Under the pieces are notes generated by a model. That model worked only from the letters and a program-made list of their open reading frames with translations, did no database searches and was not told the DNA's origin. Below are positions 55,958-62,962 of a DNA stretch of 62,962 nt, in pieces. This DNA is from an uncultured Polyangiales bacterium. GTDB lineage: Bacteria; Myxococcota_A; Polyangia; Polyangiales; CAYWAT01. Location: NCBI GenBank assembly GCA_964456305.1, contig CAYWAT010000002.1, positions 1 through 62,962 on the forward strand, given 5' to 3'. A program made the position numbers and the translations under genes. The stretch's first letter is position 1; every line of letters begins with the position of its first letter.

Positions 55958-57423
55958 GCTGCCTGGTCCTCAAGAACCCAGGTGTCTTTCGAGCTGCCGC
56001 CTTGGCTGGAGTTCACCACGTACGACCCCGCGGTGGAGGCCACCCGGGTCAGGCCACCGGGAAGCACCCAGCTGGAATTACCGGTGACCACAAAAGGACG
56101 CCAATCGACACGACGGGGGACAATCCCGTCGCGCGTCCAGGTAGGACATGAAGAGAGCTGAATCAAAGGCTGCGCGATGTACATGTGCGGGGTGGCTTTA
56201 ATGCGTTCGGCAAAATCCGCCAGCTCGCTGTGACTGGCATTGGGACCGATCAAAATACCGTAGCCTCCAGAGCCATCGACGCGCTTCACCACCATCGAAG
56301 CCAAGTGCGAAAGCACATGTTGACACTGCGTGGGATGTACACAGCTAAAGGTTTCCACCTGCCCCAGTAAGGGTTCTTCGCTGAGGTAAAAACGAATCAT
56401 GGCTGGGACGTAAGGATAAATGCCCTTGTCATCCGCCACGCCATTACCGATGGCATTCGCCAAGGTAACCTGGCCACGCGCATATGCACGCACCAGTCCT
56501 CGCACGCCAAGCAAACTATCACGACGAAAAGCATCGGGGTCGAGAAACTCGTCGTCGATGCGCCGGTAAATGACATGCACGCGTTGCGGCCCCGCCGTGG
56601 TTTTCACAAAAACCTGATCATTGTGCACAACGAGATCGGAAGGATGCACCAGCTCACAGCCCATGCGCCGCGCCAAAAAGCTGTGCTCAAAATACGCCGA
56701 GTTGTATGGCCCTGGGGTAAGCACCACCACCCGTGGTGTACCCTCCTTGATAGGCGACAGCTCATGCAGCGCTTTGCGCAGCTGGGCGGGATAAGCATCC
56801 ACCGAACGCACCGGCACTTCCGAGAGCACCGAGTCCATCACCCTCTTCATCACACCGCGATTTTCCAGCACATACGATACGCCAGAGGGACAGCGCAGAT
56901 TGTCCTCAAGCACCAAGAAATTACCCGCCGTATCCCGTAACAGATCAATACCGCCTACGTGCGCATAAACACCCCCCGCTGGTTTAAACTCGCGCGCGGT
57001 GGGCAGATACCCCTTGGACTGCAGCACCAGTTCGCGAGGAATCGCTCCCTCGGCGAGAATGCGTTGTGGGCCATAGATATCTTGCAAAAAGGCGTTGAGC
57101 GCTTGCACCCGTTGAATCAGGCCCCGCTGTACATGTCTCCAACTTGCAGCGTCAATGATGCGGGGAATGATATCAAAGGGGAAAATCCGCTCGCCCCCTT
57201 TGCGATCGGAGTTGACTGAAAAGGTGATGCCTCCGGTCAACAAAGCTCGGCTCGCAAGGCGCTGACGCGTTCGCAGACTGGATTCGCCCATGCCCTCGAT
57301 CAGCTGCAGTGCCCGAGCCATGCACTCACGCGGTTGTCTCTCAGCGGTGAGAGCTTCGTCAAAGGTACTCGGCGGCGGGTGATAACTGGCAAAGCTAGAT
57401 GCGGCAAAATCGGCGACACTCAT
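55954..57423 (-). CDS. Circularly permuted type-2 ATP-grasp protein
   Basis: ORF 55954..57630, with the ATG at 57423 (MSVADFAAS…) preferred. The longer form would overlap the upstream lipoprotein gene. FPFDIIPRII…, LANAIGNGVADDKGIYPYVPAMIRFYL… and VVKRVDGSGGYG are typical of the COG2308 family. Confidence 0.85.
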   Translation of the reverse strand: MSVADFAASSFASYHPPPSTFDEALTAERQPRECMARALQLIEGMGESSLRTRQRLASRALLTGGITFSVNSDRKGGERIFPFDIIPRIIDAASWRHVQRGLIQRVQALNAFLQDIYGPQRILAEGAIPRELVLQSKGYLPTAREFKPAGGVYAHVGGIDLLRDTAGNFLVLEDNLRCPSGVSYVLENRGVMKRVMDSVLSEVPVRSVDAYPAQLRKALHELSPIKEGTPRVVVLTPGPYNSAYFEHSFLARRMGCELVHPSDLVVHNDQVFVKTTAGPQRVHVIYRRIDDEFLDPDAFRRDSLLGVRGLVRAYARGQVTLANAIGNGVADDKGIYPYVPAMIRFYLSEEPLLGQVETFSCVHPTQCQHVLSHLASMVVKRVDGSGGYGILIGPNASHSELADFAERIKATPHMYIAQPLIQLSSCPTWTRDGIVPRRVDWRPFVVTGNSSWVLPGGLTRVASTAGSYVVNSSQGGSSKDTWVLEDQAA

Positions 57424-57544
57424 AAAGCAGTGCCTAGTCTTATCACAGCTCGACTGCCTTTGTCTGCATTGATGAGAGGGCTTTGCGTGCACTCGGTTGA
57501 GCAATGCAAATCCACCGCTCGACGACCATTGATGACCATTTAGG

Positions 57545-58465
57545 TCAAGGCAGTTCCATCGTGACTTCCTCGGCTTCCATGTTGAAAAAGAGCATCCAAC
57601 CGGTGACGCCGTAGAGGCTGTCTTGCGCATTGTCAGGCAAAAGCTGGCTTAGGGGAACGTTGCCTAGGGAAGTAGGAACCATGACTTTTTGGGCATCCTG
57701 GTCAGTCAAGAAACCAGCAAGCACACCTTCGCCGAGGCTTTTAGGCGATGCATCATCGTCACCTTCTGTGTACTGAGCCGCCATAACCGGAGCATAGAGT
57801 TCGATGCTCAGACCATCGCCAAGAGCTAGGTTAAAAGAGGGCAACACGGCGTTGTTGTCATTTGGGTTAACCACCTGACTGACGAAACAGGGCGCCTCGG
57901 GTTGATTGAGTCCCGGTTGCTGAATAGTCCCATCCGGTGGCGTATAACAGCTTCCTTCATCGCGCTTTTCCATCGCAGCCGCCAAGCCTTTGACTTTGTC
58001 GGGTTCGTCATCGCTCAGCATCAACTCACAGGACCACGCTTGGGTGCTGTCGTCTCTGCTGCATGTGGTTTGAGCTACGGCAAAGCGCTCTGCCACCGCA
58101 TCGTCGCCTTCTTGCAGGGCAAGCACCACGTGCAAATCGGATTGCAGCTGTGCTGCGACCCTTTGGTCAACCTGCTCTTTGAGCGTGGTCGTGATCAAGT
58201 TCGCATTGGGATCGATGAGCTCCAAGTGATGCACTCGATACCAAGTCGCCGAGGCAAAGTCGCTCGGGTCAAAATGACTCAGCTGAGTATCAAACAAATC
58301 GGGATCGGGCTCTTCAATGGGGTTGAGTTGAGGATTTTTGTCCTCGTCTGGAACCACAGGAGCCGTGCCGGATGACTCGCTGCTTTTGCTACAAGCACCA
58401 CCAAGCAATGTAAGTGCAAATGATAAAAGAATAAATTGCAATAAAGGACGAAAGGTATCTCGCAT
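57545..58465 (-). CDS. Hypothetical acidic lipoprotein
   Basis: ORF 57545..58498. The ATG at 58465 sits 7 nt after GGAGAG. It has a signal peptide plus lipobox MRDTFRPLLQFILLSFALTLLGGAC. The mature part is rich in D/E/P, and no family was recognised. Confidence 0.6.
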   Translation of the reverse strand: MRDTFRPLLQFILLSFALTLLGGACSKSSESSGTAPVVPDEDKNPQLNPIEEPDPDLFDTQLSHFDPSDFASATWYRVHHLELIDPNANLITTTLKEQVDQRVAAQLQSDLHVVLALQEGDDAVAERFAVAQTTCSRDDSTQAWSCELMLSDDEPDKVKGLAAAMEKRDEGSCYTPPDGTIQQPGLNQPEAPCFVSQVVNPNDNNAVLPSFNLALGDGLSIELYAPVMAAQYTEGDDDASPKSLGEGVLAGFLTDQDAQKVMVPTSLGNVPLSQLLPDNAQDSLYGVTGWMLFFNMEAEEVTMELP

Positions 58466-58507
58466 AATAGATCTCTCCAAGTACAGAAAATTATGCAAGA
58501 CGCGTTC

Positions 58508-61216
58508 CTAAAGGGCAACGATCACCGTCGCATCGCTACCTTGGCTTCCTTCGAGAGAGCTCAGCTGGTTGAGTCTTTCTCCCACCTTGCGCGCTCCAGG
58601 CATGTGATGTTGCCGCATTAAGGCATAGGCTTCGCGCAAATCCTGGCGAGCGGACTCGTGTTGATTGCGCTCCATATAGTAGTAACCGCGATCGCCCAAA
58701 ACGTGGGCAAGGTAGCGTGGACTGCCAATGCCTCGAAAAAGAGCAATCGCCTGCTCAAAGCAATGCAACGCGGGATCGCTCTCAGGAATGCCTGCGTCAA
58801 ATAAGGTTTGCGCATGAAATCGAGCTTGGGCTGCATAAGCCTGCGCCATACATGCATCGCCGCCGTAGTGCTCGGCCAGCTCACCAGCGTGTTTGAGCAA
58901 AGCCGATGCCTGAGGATCGCGCACCCGCATCGCCAGTTCACCGAGATTGCGCGTCACCTCTGCCTGTGAACGCAAATCACCCAGGGCCTCTGCCAAATGA
59001 ATGGCCTCATCCAGATAACGTTGCGCTTCGTCGTAACGCCCACTGCGCAACATGACTTCGCCGAGATTGTTCAGCACAAAACATTGAACTCGCCGATCAT
59101 CAATATCGTAGGCTTGCTCCAAAGCCACCGTCCAAGCCGCAATCGCAGCCGACCAAGCTTCGCGTTCAAAGGCAATGGCTCCCAGCATATTGTGAGACTG
59201 CGGCAGACCGTGATGGTCGTTCACCTCCGTCCGCAATTCAAGCGCGCGCCGTACATGTGCTTCGGCCTCATCGAGCTCGCCGCGCATCAACTCGATGCTT
59301 CCCAAGGTCGACAAAGACTGTGCTTCTCCACGCGGATCTTGATGCACCCGCCGGATATGCAGCGCTTCCTCAACGCCCGCGAGCGCCTCCGTCGGATTGC
59401 CTTTGAGGTATTGAATCTGGGCCAAGTCATCCAGCGTCGCTGCAACACCGCGTAAATCACTCACCGAGCGAAACAAGGTCAAAGCAGCATCTAAATAAAG
59501 ACAGGCCTGCTCATCCTGCCCTTGATGGCGATACACCCGCGCGATGCGATTGAGTGCCGCGCCCCCCTTGCCTGGCGTTCCCAGTCGGTAAGCCAGCGCC
59601 GACATGTGCGCGAAGCTAGCCAAGGCATCGTCGTAAGCGCCCAAGGTGGTCAGCAAAGAACCATGCAAATGCAAAGCTTGAGCATAGCTGTTGCTACCTC
59701 GATCCTGCATGGTTGCCAGCGCCTGAGTGCTCCACCGCAGCGCCGCATTGGTCTGCTGACGCGCATGCGCATCGACCGCAGCGCGCAGATAGGCATGGCC
59801 TGCGCGATCGAGCTCACCCGCCTCCTGCCAATGCGCAGCCAGCATCGCCATCACGTGATCGGGGTGGCTCTCCTCCACCACCTCAAGCCAACGTGCCACC
59901 GCATGATGACAATGTTGACGTGTTGAGGTCTCGAGACGCTGCATCGCGCATTCACGAATATGGCGATCGAGAAAAAGATACTCTTCATTGCCCGCCACAT
60001 CAGAGCTCTCGCTGCAGGCAAGAAAACCCTTATCCACCAGACTGCGAAGTTCCGTTCGCAAGCGGTGCAGGTCGTCATTGGACCAACACGCCAAGGGATC
60101 ATCCTCGGCTAAGGCTTCAGCATCATCCTGTTCGGCGCGCAATTGCGCGAGCACCGCACCATCCCAAAAGACCTCACCCACGACTGCAGCACATGTAAGC
60201 ACGCGCATTTCAGCATCGCTCAAGCTCTCGAGACGTGCGCGAATCGCATCGTGCAAATCGATGGGCAAACCACCCGCCTGCAGACGAACATCGTCGATAC
60301 GCAGCTCACCCTCTACCTCAACAAAGACATCGCTGTCGTTGAGGGCAAATACCAACTGCCGCAGAGTCCCCGGATTGCCTTGCGAACGATGCAGCAGCGC
60401 CGCACTAAACTCATCGGGGATCGTGACCAGCCCCGGCAGCATATGCTGCAGCATCGCCTCAACATTGTCTTGGGTCAGGGCTTCGATGGGCATACTGGTC
60501 ACACCATCAAGAGGCGCAATGGCACTGACCCGCTGTGCAACGGGATGGTCACCCGTCAGCACAATCGCCACAGGCGCACGCGCCTCGCTCAGTATCCCCA
60601 GCATATCCCAGGCCTCTTCATCTGCATGATGCATGTTGTCGATGAGCAAAACCCAGGGCTCGACCTGCGCATCCCATTCCAAAAACTGGCGCAACGCTCG
60701 ACATGCTCGGCCATGGAGGTGTTCGGGATGTTGGGTCAGCGAGCTCAGAAAGGCGCTCTCGGGAAAACTCACACCCGAGACATGCGCCAACAAATGCGTC
60801 ATCCGCAGCTTCTCCGCCGGGTTGGCGATGGGCAGTAGTTGCGCCACCGCATTCGCGAGCTCGATGTGCACATCGGGACTGGAGGCGCTGCCAGAAATAC
60901 CAAAACGTTGCCGCAACATGCGATCGAAGGGGGCGTACATATGCCGCCCCTGTTGACTCCGACACGCACTGTACATCACCCGCAGCGGCGCCTCATGCTG
61001 CAAAGCCATATCGCGGGCGACACCCAACAGCCTGGTCTTGCCCGAGCCCGCGTGTCCCTCAAGCACAGTGATCGTTGTGCGGCCGCTATGCAGCGCGCGC
61101 TGAATGCCGCGCCTAAGCACATCCACTAAGACCTGCTGCCCCACCAAGGGCAAGGCAGGTTCGTCGATCATAAACTCGCCCGTGGACTCACGCGCGGGAG
61201 AAGCCGAATCTGTCAT
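58508..61216 (-). CDS. STAND-type AAA ATPase (AAA_16-like) with C-terminal TPR array, no recognisable effector domain
   Basis: 902 aa. It has Walker A GHAGSGKT and Walker B WVLLIDNMHHAD, then about 500 aa of TPR-like repeats (…AQALHLHGSLLTTLGAYDDALASF…, …LNNLGEVMLRSGRYDEAQRYLDEAI…). Only about 45 aa precede the P-loop. Confidence 0.75.
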   Translation of the reverse strand: MTDSASPARESTGEFMIDEPALPLVGQQVLVDVLRRGIQRALHSGRTTITVLEGHAGSGKTRLLGVARDMALQHEAPLRVMYSACRSQQGRHMYAPFDRMLRQRFGISGSASSPDVHIELANAVAQLLPIANPAEKLRMTHLLAHVSGVSFPESAFLSSLTQHPEHLHGRACRALRQFLEWDAQVEPWVLLIDNMHHADEEAWDMLGILSEARAPVAIVLTGDHPVAQRVSAIAPLDGVTSMPIEALTQDNVEAMLQHMLPGLVTIPDEFSAALLHRSQGNPGTLRQLVFALNDSDVFVEVEGELRIDDVRLQAGGLPIDLHDAIRARLESLSDAEMRVLTCAAVVGEVFWDGAVLAQLRAEQDDAEALAEDDPLACWSNDDLHRLRTELRSLVDKGFLACSESSDVAGNEEYLFLDRHIRECAMQRLETSTRQHCHHAVARWLEVVEESHPDHVMAMLAAHWQEAGELDRAGHAYLRAAVDAHARQQTNAALRWSTQALATMQDRGSNSYAQALHLHGSLLTTLGAYDDALASFAHMSALAYRLGTPGKGGAALNRIARVYRHQGQDEQACLYLDAALTLFRSVSDLRGVAATLDDLAQIQYLKGNPTEALAGVEEALHIRRVHQDPRGEAQSLSTLGSIELMRGELDEAEAHVRRALELRTEVNDHHGLPQSHNMLGAIAFEREAWSAAIAAWTVALEQAYDIDDRRVQCFVLNNLGEVMLRSGRYDEAQRYLDEAIHLAEALGDLRSQAEVTRNLGELAMRVRDPQASALLKHAGELAEHYGGDACMAQAYAAQARFHAQTLFDAGIPESDPALHCFEQAIALFRGIGSPRYLAHVLGDRGYYYMERNQHESARQDLREAYALMRQHHMPGARKVGERLNQLSSLEGSQGSDATVIVAL

Positions 61217-61356
61217 CGCTTAATTACGCCTGACTTTGACGGCAACAATCAAGAGGACTCTTACATCAGGGCATGTCGAAGGCATGCTCCGGAGACTCCA
61301 AGGAAAGAAGAAAGGACCGACTTGGAGCCTCCGTGCCGCCTATTTAAAGACGCTGT

Positions 61357-61959
61357 TTACTTCTTTTTGTGCAGCTCGAGCTTGATGGTGATGTCGATGT
61401 CGTTGCCCACCATCAGGCCGCCCTTGTCGAGGCTCTTGTTCCACTTTACGCCGAACTTCTGGCGGTTAATGGTGGTGGACGCTTCCGCGCCACGCGCCGG
61501 CACCTTAGCCATGGGATGCATCACGGGCTTGCTTACCTTGCTGACCTTCAGGGTAACGGGCTTGGTGGTGCCACGCATGGTGAGCTTGCCTTGGACCTTG
61601 TAGCCCTTGCCAGCCTTTGTGATCTTGGTGGACTTGAAGACCATTTTGGGGTGCTTCTTGGCATCAAAAAAATCGGCAGAGAGCAAGTGCTTGTCGCGCT
61701 TTTTGTCACCGCTATTAACCGAAGCAACCCCGATTTCGGCTTCGATTTTAGAGGCTTTGAGGTTTTTGTCATCAAGCACCACGGTGCCTTTGACATCGGA
61801 GAAGCTGCCCTCGACGGTGGCTACCATGAGGTGGCTCACTTCAAATTGAGCCGACGAGTGCGAGGTATCGATGACCCAGGTTTCGGCATCGGCGGCGGCT
61901 GTGCCGAAGCCCAGTGCGAAGGTGCTTAAACAGGCGATGAAAAAAAGAGAGGGTTTCAT
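61357..61959 (-). CDS. YceI family periplasmic protein
   Basis: ORF 61357..62001, with the ATG at 61959 giving the signal MKPSLFFIACLSTFALGFGTAAA. WVIDTSHSSAQFEVSHLMVATVEGSF… is the YceI signature. Confidence 0.85.
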   Translation of the reverse strand: MKPSLFFIACLSTFALGFGTAAADAETWVIDTSHSSAQFEVSHLMVATVEGSFSDVKGTVVLDDKNLKASKIEAEIGVASVNSGDKKRDKHLLSADFFDAKKHPKMVFKSTKITKAGKGYKVQGKLTMRGTTKPVTLKVSKVSKPVMHPMAKVPARGAEASTTINRQKFGVKWNKSLDKGGLMVGNDIDITIKLELHKKK

Positions 61960-62116
61960 AACGAGAGTTCCTTTTCGTGATGGGGTGCGATTGCTGGCCA
62001 ACCTAACTGCCTCTCAAGCAAGTGCAATTGTTTGCCAGCATGTGTCTGCGTTCTATGGTTGACTCCACGACTCTGTTACTGGAATTCGTCGTTGCATCGC
62101 TTACAGGTAGGTCTTC

Positions 62117-62962
62117 ATGTCGTCGTCTTGGAAAGCTGAAACCCAGGCCATTCACTCGGGAGAGCTTCATCCACGTGTGGAGGGGGCCATCACCATGCCT
62201 ATCTTTCAAAGCTCCACCTTTGTCCTAGGCGATGCCCAAGATTATCGCGACATCCGTTACATCCGCCTCAACACCACACCGAATCACCGCGCCCTCGCGC
62301 AAAAAATGGCCGCGCTTGAGGGCACCGAAGAAGCCCTCGTCACCAGCTCGGGCATGGCCGCCATCACCGGTGCATTGCTCAGTCAACTGCGCGCGGGCGA
62401 TCATGTAATCGCCCAAAATCACATCTACGGCGGGACCTACAAAGTCTTCCAGGGCTTGGTGCAGCGCTACGGCATCAGCGTGAGCTTCGTATCCTTGGAT
62501 GATCCAGATAGCTGGGAGGATGCCTGCCAAGCCAATACGCGGGCCTTTTATGTGGAGTCGATCACCAACCCCTGGCTAGAGGTGGGCGATCTCAAAGGCG
62601 TGGTGGACTTTGCCCAACAGCGCGGCTTGGTCTCAATGATCGACAACACCTTTTTAAGTCCCGCGATGTTTCAGCCGGCAGCGATGGGTTTTGATCTGGT
62701 GCTGCACAGCGCGTCGAAATACTTGAATGGCCACTCCGACCTGGTCGCGGGTGTGATAGCTGGCTCCACCCAGCACCTGAATGCGGTGAGCGACCTCATG
62801 AACTTGCTTGGTCCCTGTCTCGATCCCCATGCCTGCTTTTTGCTGCAGCGCGGACTCAAAAGTCTGCCCATGCGCATGCGCGTGCAGTGTGCCCAGGCGC
62901 AAGAATTGGCACAGATGCTCGACCAGCATCCCGAGGTGGACAGGGTCTTTTATCCGGGTCTT
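62117..62962 (+). CDS. Cys/Met-metabolism PLP-dependent enzyme (cystathionine gamma-synthase/lyase family), 3'-truncated by the window end
   Basis: This ORF is absent from the ORF track because no stop is reached. The ATG at 62117 opens a 282-codon frame running to 62962. Motifs are MSSSWKAETQAIHSGE…, TSSGMAAITGAL…, and HSASKYLNGHSDLVAG (the PLP-lysine motif). Confidence 0.85.
   Translation, partial: MSSSWKAETQAIHSGELHPRVEGAITMPIFQSSTFVLGDAQDYRDIRYIRLNTTPNHRALAQKMAALEGTEEALVTSSGMAAITGALLSQLRAGDHVIAQNHIYGGTYKVFQGLVQRYGISVSFVSLDDPDSWEDACQANTRAFYVESITNPWLEVGDLKGVVDFAQQRGLVSMIDNTFLSPAMFQPAAMGFDLVLHSASKYLNGHSDLVAGVIAGSTQHLNAVSDLMNLLGPCLDPHACFLLQRGLKSLPMRMRVQCAQAQELAQMLDQHPEVDRVFYPGL

Noticed and set aside
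61291-61332. 12-bp hairpin (GGAGACTCCAAG / CTTGGAGCCTCC) downstream of yceI, as an intrinsic terminator.
   Set aside because: The stem is good (one G-U on the minus-strand RNA), but no U-tract follows on either strand. Terminator function is therefore unsupported, and it may be some other structural element.

Overview
This is a 62.9-kb chromosomal window from a moderately GC-rich Gram-negative bacterium. The gene content includes an AgmX/PglI-like domain, Cys-rich CxxDDxCDG-motif and C-type-lectin lipoproteins, sigma-54, a STAND-TPR ATPase and many lipobox proteins. That mix looks Myxococcota/Bradymonadota-like, but this is inference only. The backbone is housekeeping: folE2, a Tat-signal tldD plus pmbA, a TetR-SDR pair, a GlxA-type regulator, yeaH-spoVR, ettA, gpsA, ilvE, era-der, a class I aldolase, rpoN-hpf, cydAB, a USP, yceI, a partial Cys/Met PLP enzyme and four tRNAs. 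Accessory or unusual material is interspersed, and eight items stand out. (1) A translationally coupled operon of circularly permuted ATP-grasp, alpha-E and a transglutaminase fused to a Ser-variant Ntn/GATase-II domain. It is preceded, co-directionally, by an orphan lipoprotein and an effector-less STAND/TPR ATPase. (2) A radical-SAM plus DUF4130-UdgX-like DNA modification/repair cassette with degenerate UDG motifs and a LexA-box-like palindrome. (3) A 1.9-kb AT-richer cassette encoding an M48-like lipoprotein protease, bracketed by 110-bp direct repeats that duplicate the 3' end of vapC. (4) An 865-bp intergenic region filled with strictly 22-bp-phased direct repeats, followed by a 217-bp element with perfect 18-bp terminal inverted repeats. 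A diverged inverted copy of that element lies 7.3 kb away. (5) A tRNA-Arg(CCT) whose 3' end is duplicated 110 bp downstream, next to decayed AbiEii and DUF4143-ATPase genes. (6) A 2042-aa thioester-less alpha-2-macroglobulin. (7) Several AT-rich islets encoding orphan lipoproteins. (8) Degraded toxin-antitoxin remnants. No CRISPR array, transposase or integrase was seen. All calls rest on reading the translations and the sequence; no database search or numerical composition calculation was run.
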